Part shown: positions 36,524 to 47,638 of the stretch, one piece after another
Position numbering within the stretch: the stretch's first letter is position 1
How the letters are laid out: each line of letters opens with the position of its first letter
DNA from: Lepidodermella squamata
Lineage: Eukaryota > Animalia > Gastrotricha
Direction of reading: 5' to 3'
Length of the DNA: 64,000 bases
Assembly (NCBI GenBank): GCA_047495785.1
Contig: JBLDXI010000032.1
Coordinates: 744,001 to 808,000, forward strand
The notes under the pieces: generated by a model
Database searches by the model: none
What the model was told of the DNA's origin: nothing
Seen by the model: the letters and a program-made list of their open reading frames with translations, nothing else
Translations under genes and position numbers: made by a program

Positions 36524-38598
36524 TAAATATAGAATTGTCCTTAAAAATATAGGGCGAGTAGCTTGGCCAATTCGATATTTTACGGTATAACATTCGTAAA
36601 TCGTTTATATCTGAACTCGCCGTACTCGATCTACTCATCTCAACTCGCCTCCGGCTCGTTTCGATTCGTAAATCTCGGCCGGCACCGTTCAGAAATGAAC
36701 TCTTTACTCATGTTATACCATACAAATATAGCATTCGCTCAAAAAATATAGTGTCAGTACCCATGCTCATGCAATATTTTACGATATAGCACTCGTAATT
36801 CATTCATATCTGGATTCTCCGCACTCGATTTGGTCATGTCGACTCGGCTCCGCCTCGTCAACACTCCCGCATCTCGTGCTACGAATCTCAGATATAAATG
36901 AAACACTCGTACTATATCAGCATACTAATATATTAATATATATTCATGTCAATGTCAGATGTTTGCTCAACCGAGCAACACTTTATTGAGTTTCTGGTCG
37001 ACGTCCGGTGGTGTATTATCATCTGGCAGAACGGTGCGACTAACAGATCGTACGGGACTATTCGGTCTCGATCGCGTGCAGCGCGGTGAGCAGAGGTACT
37101 GTAGCATCGGAACTTGATATTTGTATGATATAACATGAGTAGGAATCTATATTTGAGTGAAGCGCGAAATATAGATCGAGTAAAACGAATGAAACGAGTG
37201 AAATCGAGGCGGAACGAGCCGGTAGGCGAGTGGAGACGAGATTTCACGAGGTGAATGAGTTTTACTCGATCTATACGAGTGCTTCACGAAAATATAGGTT
37301 TCTACGAATGTTGTATCGTAAAATATTACACGTGTCTATATTTTTCGCAACGCAAAATAATAAATAATAAAAAATCCAACTTAAAATTTCACCGAAAAAT
37401 GGCATTCTATTCATTCTCGCTCATTTTTCTCATTCGTTCGAATTTCGTCTCGTTTTGAACGTCGATTTTCTGTCCGGCCGAAATTCTGCTCGAATTTCAC
37501 GAACAAATGCTCCCAGAATTCTGCTCCGATTGGCAAAGCTGCCGCAATTGAAGCCGAATGGTTCGATAACCCATCAACCCTGAAACCTGGTTCCTTCGAA
37601 ATCAACGTTCGCGAAAACCATGCGCCTTTGCAATCCGAAGAAACTGGTTCGATTTGAACGACACGTTTGGTTGCGATGAAAGAAAGTCGACAGCAGTCCG
37701 TCGGAATTTCATCTCTGGTTGTTGAAAATGGCTCAATTTCAGACTAGCGCGTCGCAACGGTGTTTGGTACGTCAATATTTTCAACGTGATCGAATCGGAA
37801 CTGTCGCTGGCAGAGTGCTCCAGGTTCAATCAAGTTTCAAGGTAGTGATTTCTGCGAATTGGGGTCAAAATGCTGTCCGATTTTCTGGATTTTCTGCTCA
37901 GTGTTCGCGGCGCGTTCTATCGATCTATGGAGGCGACTTGCTGACCGTACCTGTTCGATGATCTTCTGCGCGATCCGACCCACGAATCGCTGCGAATTCA
38001 TGCACAGCGGGGACGAAATGCTGCCCGATTTTCCGGAGTTTTCTGAGAAATCATGGTTCCTACGGCCAATTTTTGCTGCCCGCCTGCCAAGCTGTCCCCG
38101 TCTAAATTATTCTCAAAATTGAATTTCCCCATTTTCTTTCATAATAAATTGCGTTGCGAAAACTATATCCCTGTGTTTTTCCGTTAGAATTAGCTGTTTC
38201 AAGACCTCGGAATCATTGGGCTTGGAAATGAGCATCTATATTCAAAATATAGATATTGCAGGTCAAAAATATAGATCACCTGAATCTATATTTCAGATAT
38301 AGATCAGAAATATAGTTCATATTCAAATCTATATTTGAAGTATGAAAAAATATAGATTTGTGTTTCAAGGTTAAAAATATAGACACAGTGTTATATTTGT
38401 ATGGTATGACATGAGTAAAACGTTTATATCTGTACGGAGCCGCCCGAGATTTACGAGTCGGAACGAGCCGGAGGCGAGTTGCGATGAGTAAATCGAGTGC
38501 GGCGAGTTCAGATATGAACGATTTACGAATGTTATACCGTAAAATATCGAATTGTCAAAGCTACTCGACCTATATTTCTGGGGACAATTCTATATTTA
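36524..38598. mobile_element. non-autonomous fold-back element with ~210-bp diverged TIRs and internal sub-repeats
   Basis: 36524-36735 is the reverse complement of 38388-38598; diverged copies lie at ~36740-36930 (direct) and ~37115-37345 (inverted); no coding capacity. Confidence 0.75.
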
Positions 38599-39749
38599 CC
38601 GCACAAGTCGATGAATTTGACGTTCGAAACTCTATTGCAGAAGTAAACGCCGTGGCACTTGGGGTTAACACATTTTTCACCACTGTCCAGAAATGATACT
38701 AGGCACGAAGGAAGCGAGTCGCGATAGTCAATAATGTTGGCAGCTTTTATGCATCTAATATAGATAGCACATAGGCTTGACATAACATAAAGTGATCAAA
38801 TTTACCTTGCCGCCAACTCTTGTAGCGAAGGAACTTCTAGATGATAATCTGCTACGAATTTTACAAGTAGAGGATTATTGCGCAGAGGTAATTCTTCAAG
38901 GCGGAGCCGAGTTATATCGAAAGGCTAAACGAAACAGGAAACAGTAATTGCGGGATTCAATAAATAGAAAAAAATTACCAAGCATTGCAAGAGGTTATCG
39001 TTTAACATGAGACTTCTGAGCTTTTGAAGTCGGCCAAATGTAGATGGTAAGTATGTTAGACGATTTCCAGACAGCGATAGAACTTCTAATGAAGGCATAT
39101 TCGACATTTGCTCAGGAAGTGCTTCCAAACGATTGCCGCCAAGGTAGAAAACTCGCAAGCTAAAATAGCTAATTTAAAACAAGAACAGCTAATCGCGAAA
39201 CAAACAAACTTGGTAAGTCGGTCAACTTCAGGTGATATCTTTTCAATCTGATTTCCACCTAGGTACAGGCTGACTAGACTCGTGCACTTGAGGATGGGTA
39301 ACGGGATTTCTTGAAAAAAGTTTCCACTGAGATTCAACTCTTCGAGCTTGGTAAGTTCAGAAAACTCTAGAATTATAAAAAATAATGTCATTAATAAGCT
39401 ACTAGTAAATCCATTAAGACTCACCAAATGGAATCGCTTCAGAGTGAAGTTTGTTATTTCTCAGATCCAAAACTTTGAGACAGCTAAGATGACGAATATC
39501 AGCGGTTATCAAGGATATTTCGTTATTGCTGGCATTCAGATATTCTATAAATCTGAACGTTGAGATTTGAATGGTCAGCTCTGGGAGCAAATTGGACGAA
39601 ACATCGACATGCTTGACCTCTTCATCATCCATGGATTCAGACATACTAGCCAGCATACTGAGCGTTGTGAGACGTTGGCTTGACAAATTCACACTCATGT
39701 CGAAGCTATCCGAAAGGATTTCAAACTTTCTATTGGGTAAAGACATCAT
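38532..39749 (-). CDS. LRRC58: LRRC58 (leucine-rich repeats, BC-box, Cys-rich tail), C-terminus interrupted
   Basis: LRR exons, LSLRNNPLLVKFV, VPSLQELAARCIK, KCVNPKCHGVYF...VKFIDLCGKYRI. Confidence 0.85.
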
Positions 39750-39988
39750 AGAGTCTTCTTGTCTACTATCAACAAGTCAATACTGACGATCAAGCTGAGG
39801 GCAAGTTATGATCAAACAAACGGATATTCATCTAATACCAGGCAGCAAGTTCAGCGCAAAAGGCTCAAAGGTTATTAAGCATGTAAAGTGCATGAGAAAA
39901 ACGAAACGGGGTATTATTCTGAGTATATAAACAGCTGATATCGGACAACTACCGCCGTAAGGTAAGGTAAGCCGTAAGGTATTCCGGG

Positions 39989-40160
39989 ATAGCCCCATTG
40001 TATAGTATACATCGCGTGTATAGCGCGCACTTGTATACTATACAATTGTATTCTATACATCATGTATTCTATACAACCTCTAAATGCGCACCCAGTGCTT
40101 GTATCCTATACATGTATACTATACAAATTGCAACTCCTCGCGCACTTGTATACTTCCTAC
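39989..40160. repeat. array of TGTATAnTATACA-like palindromic motifs
   Basis: About 6 copies such as TGTATAGTATACA, TGTATACTATACA and TGTATTCTATACA. Confidence 0.6.
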
Positions 40161-40338
40161 TAATTAAACAGACTGCTTCCCCACAACCCACAACTTGAGT
40201 CAGAAGAAACACTGAGGCTAGTTTAACGCGTTACGTTTTTCTCAAAATACGTAACGCGTTATTTTACCCGTTTTTGTAACGCGTTATGCATTTTCTGCTA
40301 GGCAAGAAATATCCTCAAAAAAGCGCTTAAAAAACAAG

Positions 40339-40355
40339 CGCTCATGCGTGGGCTC

Positions 40356-40388
<33 letters not shown>
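40339..40388 (-). pseudogene. 5'-deleted tRNA-Asn copy
   Basis: Mirror copy lacking the 24 nt TTCCGTGGCTCAATTGGTTAGCGC (A-box). Confidence 0.8.
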
Positions 40389-40561
40389 TGACAGAAAAGG
40401 GAGTGAGTAAACGGTATGTCTTCGCAAAAGAAATTGACATGAAGTTGAAAACCTAAGAGCAAGATGGAACTGTAGTTTTAACCTCATTTTACATTACTTT
40501 AGGGAAACTCATAAGTTGCGCAGACGTCCGACATGCCGTTTACTCACTCCCTTTTCTGTCA

Positions 40562-40578
40562 GCTTCCGTGGCTCAATT

Positions 40579-40618
<40 letters not shown>

Positions 40619-40635
40619 GAGCCCATGCATGAGCG
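40562..40635 (+). pseudogene. tRNA-Asn(GTT)-derived sequence with a damaged 3' stem
   Basis: Intact A-box, anticodon and B-box, but the 3' end CCCATGCATGAGCG mismatches the T-stem and acceptor stem. Confidence 0.8.
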
Positions 40636-41014
40636 CTTGTTTTTTAAGCGCTTTTTTGAGGATATTTCTTGCCTAGCAGAAAATGCGTAACGCGTTACAA
40701 AAACGGGTAAAATAACGCGTTATGTTTTTTCATTATTTCCAAAATGCGTAACGCGTTAAATTCATGACAGTGAAGGTAGCTTCATATTGTACACTCGAGC
40801 CTGGTCAGATTTTTCTCTTATTGGTAATTATTTTTGTTAGAATGGTTTGAATTTGTATTGTACCAGGACACAATTTATTTATTTTATTTATCATCTTATC
40901 AATTTTTATATTCGGCATAACAACTTCGCTAACAATAACTGAAACTTATTTTTACAGACTTATTACGATATGAAGGCAGATTCCAAGGACGTTTGAAGAT
41001 ATGTGCCTATCCGC

Positions 41015-42119
41015 ATTTAGACGAGAGACGTCCTCTGACCGTCTTTCTCGTGCTGGGTTTACCCGCATTGCCAGATTTCTAAGTTAGATGCGAGCAATGG
41101 TTACACGTCCCCTAACACCCCAAACTTATCGGTGGTTGCCTGGAAAAGGAGGATAATAAAGATTTTTATGCTTATTCCTGAAACCTAACCCTAACCCTCC
41201 GAGTCCAAAACCGAGTCCAAAATGTGTGAATCCAACATGTGTGAATAAGCCGAGCATACGGAATGCTAAAATAACCTTATAGCTTACTTTAAGCTTACTT
41301 CAAGAGCTTGTTACTCAAATAACGAAGCGCAGAATCGGAGTCGAGCAGACTTTCCTCTTGTATCTTTTAACCGGCAGTTTTGTCAAGACTCGTGTTGAGC
41401 TGTTCTGTTTATTAGTCTGAGGATTGTCTGAGTCAGGAAGATGACCAAGTATGGACAAAGAACTAGATGCCAGGTCACATGAATTCTGTCTTTCCCGTTG
41501 TTATTGTCGTGTCTGCCCCTCGACTCAGCTGAGCATTTCACGGTAACTGAATGCTGCCATTGCGTCATTTCATTTCAATGGCGCTTTTCAGCATGTTCAG
41601 GAAGTAATGGCAAAAAAATCGTTGGTCGAACTCATTTTGAAACATGACCTAGCGTCAACCAACCAACGCGCTTCAGTATAATAATTTACCACAAATCACT
41701 GATTCTGATGGATTGATGCTCTAGGTCTCGCAGTTGATGGCGCAGTTGATACATCTCTGCTCCTCTTCTCACATTGGCCGCGCGGGATCTACGAGACGGA
41801 GCGAGCAAGGCGCGCGGCTTTGTTGGATTTGAAACTGGACAATAATCGTGTAACCATTGCTCGCATGTAATTTATTTATTTATTTATTTAGAAGCTATGA
41901 CACCCAAGAGAGGGCAGCTTGACAATGTTTGAAGGAAAAAAACAACAGATAATTTCAGGACAGGTTCAGATTTAGGACAGGAAAAGTGAACACAGTAAGA
42001 GGAAACAAAGGTTTAGACCATTCATCGTTTTTATTTGTAGCAGATTCTAACTTAAAAATCTGGCAATGCGGGTAAACCCAGCACGAGAAAGGCGGCCAGA
42101 GGACGTCTCTCGTCTAAAT
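41015..42119. mobile_element. 1.1-kb segment bounded by ~74-bp inverted repeats, with nested repeat fragments
   Basis: ATTTAGACGAGAGACGTCCTCTG...GCTGGGTTTACCCGCATTGCCAGATTT-TAAGTTAGA is mirrored at 42046-42119; a partial third copy lies at ~36297-36346; internal CCTAACCCTAACCC and a (TTTA)n tract. Confidence 0.7.
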
Positions 42120-42739
42120 TTTTTTTGACGATTTTCCTGCAGCAAAATAAAAATTTATAATAACATAAAACTTTCAATTTTAACAAAAAATAATTTTTTT
42201 TTACTGTTTTTAGTAAAATCAGTTTTTGTATTTCACAGACCCAATTTTGCTTGGGCGTCTTTGTTTGTCGCTAAGGTTTTTAGCCCGTTTCTGTGTAAGG
42301 TAAAACCACCACCGCTGCCTAGCCTTGTGAAGTTGTTTGATGAGAAAGCCCTTATTTTTGCCTAAGCCAACGTCCTATTATTCTTTTTATGCCCTAGAAT
42401 AATTTAGTTAGTCTGTTTTATTGCCATTTGTTTCTTAACACTCTCTACCCACTTAGGTTAGGTCTTAATTGCAGATCTAAATGCTCCACGTTTTGTTAGC
42501 TCTCAGTTTATGGTGGTTTTTGTGGGGAATTTCATCATTCTGTGCGTCATTATTTAAGATGAATAAGGCAAAAGCATCTTACTATTCCATAATTTGAATT
42601 TTATAGCTCATTGTTCATACGTTTTAATCGCTTATCATTTTTCTAGGCAGGTGAATTTGAACTGAGATTCTATTCAAATTTTACGTTCCGGAAGTGTTGT
42701 TTCGCATAAAGGCAGCTTACTATAAAGTGACTTTGCGAA

Positions 42740-45700
42740 ATGAACACGGTAAGTATTACATTTCTTTTCGTGGGTCAAAACAATAACTGGTTGCATACTA
42801 TTGCAGGCTAAAGTTGAACAAAGTGGAACTCAACCTATTGCCGGAAGTCAGAATCAACAACAGCCGCTGATGAACAACAACAGTAATGGTGGTTCTTCGG
42901 CGGCATCGTCTATTTGGGGATTCCCATCATCCCAAGCCAATGGTGCCAACCCTTCTGTTGGTAGTGATCAACAATCAAATAAGCTGAGTAATCTATGGTC
43001 ACTTCAATGGACAGAAGGCTCTGGTGGAGAAAGTGCAATGCCCAACGCCAGTGGATCTGCCTCAACGCCTAGTAATCCTCCTGGCGGAAACGTTTGGGGC
43101 ATGGGTAGCGCTCTTGAAGATCTCATGACCAATTCTAATGGTAACTCAAATGGTAACGAAAAAAGCTCGGGTAATGGTAATGGAGGAGACTCGCGGTCTG
43201 CTCAGCAGCTAGGTGCATCCAACGACGCATCAGGTTCTGGTGGAAAATCCAATTGGTCTTCGGCCGGCGGCAATCCCGGTGACAGTCCAACGGCCGGCGG
43301 AGGCAACAGCGGTGTCATCAGTCCTGGTGGTTCGTCGAATGGTTCTGTATCTGGCATTTCCGCGAGCGACTCCAAGCTCATCACTCAATGGATCGGTGAC
43401 TCTTCGAATATGTCTGGAAACGATGTACAGTCAAACCCTCTCACTGGCACCAATGCATGGGGTTCCTCGAATATGATGAACAGCTCTGGCTCAAACTCAA
43501 ACACTGGCAACTCAAATTGGGGACCTGCCGGAAATATATCTGATGCATCTGGAAACTGGAGTCAGCAAAATAATGCATCACAGCAGCAGCAACAGCAGCA
43601 GCAACAACAGCAACAGCAGCAAGACGTATGTAACTTGGCTAGGAATTTAATTCGCTTTACAGATTATTCATTTATTTAGCAATCGTGGGGAAATCAGAGT
43701 GGTCCGAGAGTCCCTTCTTCATCTCAGGGAGTTCGTAGTTACTCACAAGCAGCTACAGGTAACGCCACACCTGGCCAACCAGGTCAACCTGCTGGTCAAC
43801 AGCAACAAGGTTATCACCAGCAAGTACCTTCCGGGTCCGGCCAGGGCGGATCACAGCAACAGAACATGAGCGCAATCGGAACTGCGTCGTCCCCCTGCTC
43901 ACCGCCTCTTATTGAGCAGTACATCGACACTCGTCGCGACGAGGAGATGCGCCAACTCGTCGAAAATTGCGACGGCTGGGGACAACGCACTGTCAACCAA
44001 GAAACAACGTGGGACGTCGAGGACATCCCTGAAGCGAAACCACGCACTGACGAGAACCCAAACGTCTGGCCCACCTTCGTTAACAAGGGCACGAACGGGT
44101 GGGAGGAGTCTTGCCGCCGTCGGAAGGTAACACCCGGCAGCCATCACGCTCCACCACTTCCAAGCGGCTGGGGTGAGTCACACCAAGCACCGAAACCAGC
44201 CCCGGTTGCAGCACCAGCTGACGCCTGGAATAAGTGGGCACCACCAGCTGCTCAGACGCCGTCACAGCCGCCGATGATGCCGTGGACTGGCCCGGCTGGC
44301 CACAGCAACATCGAAAACCGTCTTAGCGGCGGTAACTGGAACGACGACGGCCATCGCTCTGTCCCGAACAGCCGCGACGAAAGCCCGATGGGACCAGGTA
44401 ACAACGGATCGATGTGGGCTAACGAACAGTCCAGCGGTAACTGGTCTGGTGGCGGTGGCGGCGGCGGCAACAACAACCGAAACAGTGGCTCGATCGGAAC
44501 CTGGCAGGCGCCTGTTGTCAGCCCGCAGAATGACTCACGTGTCGCCTCTTGGAACGACAATATCGGCCAGTGGGGCAGCGGTGGCAACCCGAATCCGCCA
44601 GTTAAAACGAAAGGATCGTCCAGCGGCGATTCGATTTCGGGCGATTTCGAGGTGGAGCAGTGGAACAACCCGAGCAATGCTAAGGACAACGATTACGGCG
44701 AGTTTGAGGAGATGATGCCGAAACGCTGGTCTTCAGCCTCCTCCAGCCAGGCGATGCCACCCACCGGCGGACCGGGCATGGTCGGTCGACGCATGATCAA
44801 GTCGCAAGAGATGCCAAGCGGGCCTGATAGCGGCTTCGGTGGCATGACCCCGCAGCGCAGCGCCTTGACCGAGAATTTGATGCAACTTGGCGTTAGCAAA
44901 GACGATGCGACTAAGGCGTTGATTCACAGCGATAACGACTACGCTCAGGCTATTCGTTGGCTGGTTCAGCAGGGCAAGTTGGCCCCGTCAATTCTGAACT
45001 CACCAGCTGCGATGGGCATGAACCAGTCGCGCCCGAACGCCGGCCAGGGTGACATGTTCAACCGCGGCAATTCTGGATCGTTCAACGCGCCGAACTCCGG
45101 CCCGATGCCGCCGAGTGGCCAGTACCCGCCCGGGTCGCCTAACCACATGATGCAGAACCAGCCGGCCGCCTTGAGCCTGCAGGACCGCATCCGCCTGGCC
45201 CAACAGCGTTCTCAGGTGAAGTTGAATGGACTGCCGCCGAGCAGCAACCAGGTGATTGTCGAGCAGCTGCGCAAGGCCGTTCACCAGGGCTACTTGAACC
45301 AGCACGTGCTGAACATGCAACTTTCTCAAGACGTTCTCAAGCTAATTCACGATCTCATCAATGTAAGTATCCGTTATGTGTTCTTATCTTGAGTTCAAAA
45401 AATGGAAAATTGTTTATTTCTATCATTTGAAAAAATTATGGGCAATTTATTTACCGAGGAAATTTGAAAGAAAACTCATATTTTTAGCCGCATTTGTCCG
45501 TTGAACTGCGCCATGTTGCGTTTTTCACGCTGCGATAAGTGCCCACACTAATGTACTATATATACTGCGTGTAGAGAAATAGCCGCTACGTTATATATTC
45601 ATGCGAAATGCGAACCTCTCTCTCGCTTGGCAAACATGGTAGAGTCTTATGAAACGTAGTCGCTTTTTATGACAAAAGAAGCTTTCAGGCGCAGTAGGCA

Positions 45701-47638
45701 AACATACATACATACATGCACAATAATTCGGGACTCTATTGAAATTATCCAACGTGCAACCCTATCAAGCCTTAATGAAAAATATTTTTCAACTCAGTTT
45801 ACAATGTAACTCATTTTATTCTCTATTGAAGCCGTGTGAATATTGAATCCCACGGGATAAAATGATAGAATTGACTGAAAATGCAGCTTAAATTGACAAA
45901 TTTCATGAAGGAAGATTGAAACTTCGTAAATGAAAAAATCCTTTAATTTAAATTGATAAATTTTGAATATTTTTTGTTGTAATTTTAGCACCAAATTGTG
46001 CTCGAGCAAGTTCAGCGCGATGACCAGCAGCTGCAGCAGCAACAGCAGCAGATCCAGATGATGAAAATGCCGCCGATGTCGCCGCAAGTGCAGGCCATCG
46101 ACCAGCAGCGCCAGGCCCTGCAGCACGAGATGTGCCGCATCCGCCTCATCATGGAACAACGCAAGATGCAGATTGCTCAACGCACCGGCACGGCGGTCGC
46201 CCCGACCCCGGGCGTGCCGCAGGCCTCGGGTGCCCAGTCGCCCGTCGGCGGCCAGCCTGCGCCTGTTTCCGGCATGATGCCCCCGCCGAACAGCCGCGGC
46301 CAGCAGCAGCAACAGGGCCGTGGAGGCATGCCGCCGACGGCTGAGTTCGGACAGCTTTCGTTGGCTGGCGGCAATGACCAGTCGAAGTTGATGCAGTGGC
46401 GCATGCCGACGACGCCAGAGCGCCAGGGCGGTGACTCGCGTTCGACGCCCAATGACAATTGGATGACCAGCTCTGGCTTCAGCCCTAACAGCAAGTAAGT
46501 AAAGCATCGATTTTCTTCTTACTCAATTATGTTGAACTGGTCCTACGCCTGAAATGCCTGAAATTCTCGAATCGGTGCATTTTTACACTATTAAGGCGGA
46601 TTTTTCAAATTTTTTATTGCACAGTTCAGAAGTGAAAATGTGAGTTGGACCAATTTTCCTAAGATATTAGCAAATTTCGAAAAGTGTGAAGAATTTAAAA
46701 AAGCTGCGGATTCTATTTTTATTTGACAATTTTTAAGGCGGATTTTTTTTAATATATGAGATCTGGGTCTTTTTCTAGTTTTCGAGCAAAATTTTGGTCT
46801 CGTACAATTATGAACAAATGAATCGAATTAAGGAGATATTTGAGGATTTTGAATAAGTCACAGTTTTTGGCCGAATTCAGAACAACCCGTTGACTCTTTT
46901 TTCTGAACTTTCCTGTTGAATAAGAGGAATAAGCTTCTATGTCAAATTTGGATGAAAGCTGATTTCAGCTCGATTTTTTCGTTCGCTTTTCTGTTTTTAA
47001 TTTTGTTTATGTTTTGTAGTGATAACCGTGGACAGCAACAGGCGAACATTTCTGGCGGACCTGCCGTCGTTGAATTCGTGCCGGGCAAACCGTGGGCCGG
47101 CCTTACGATGCAATCGACCGAAGATGATCCCCACATGACGCCCGCCTCGGCAGCTAAACCGCCGCTCGCCATCGGCTCGGACACGTACCTGGACACGCTA
47201 GCTAAAAGTGGTCAGTTTAACCCTGAAATGCTCGCCTTTATAACTTCATTTCGCTTAGTTCCTAAAGCTCCAGGCCAGTTGATCAGCGGCCAGCCGCGCA
47301 TGTCGTCGGCCGCCTCGCCCGCCGGCTCGTCCTCCTCGCCTCGACCAGCCGGCTCGCAGCAAGGCTGGGGCAGCGGCCCGCAGCAGCAGCAGCAGATGCA
47401 ATATGGTGGAAACAGCGGCCGCCCGCAGCAGCAGCAGCAACAGCAGCAGAATTCTGGCTCGTGGGGCGGCAGCCCGTGGGGTACCGGTGCTTCGGTCCCG
47501 CTGACCGGGTCGGGCATGCCCGGCTCGGACATGGACCCAGGTCGTTTCCTGCCGTGGGGCCTCACCGCCGGCTCGTCGGCCGGTTCGAACAACGCGGCCG
47601 GTGGTTACGACCCGAGCCGCATTGGCAACTTCATGTAA
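42740..47638 (+). CDS. TNRC6: GW182/TNRC6 (gawky) miRNA effector; exons 42740-42748, 42807-43625, 43680-45362, 45989-46494, 47020-47638 (possible 48-nt intron 47211-47258)
   Basis: GW/WG repeats, Ago-binding DGWGQRTVNQETTWDV, UBA-like LMQLGVSKDDATKALIHSDNDYAQAI, Q-rich region, QSKLMQW, PAM2 EFVPGKPW, EDDPHMTP. Confidence 0.92.

Larger units (their letters stand above)
40222..40760. repeat. imperfect palindrome whose arms contain tRNA-Asn, its flanks and TAACGCGTTA repeats
   Basis: ~40250-40420 mirrors ~40530-40722 around a unique spacer of about 110 bp. Confidence 0.9.

Noticed and set aside
36524-40160. CRISPR-like repeat arrays
   Set aside because: Eukaryotic context, degenerate or inverted units, no constant repeat-spacer period and no cas genes
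41183-41198. CCTAACCCTAACCC telomere-like motif
   Set aside because: Only two units, inside repeat-derived DNA; typical of transposon internal sequence rather than a telomere
43202-47592. Many antisense and alternative-frame ORFs (poly-Cys, poly-Leu)
   Set aside because: Shadows of the GC-rich, CAG-rich GW182 exons
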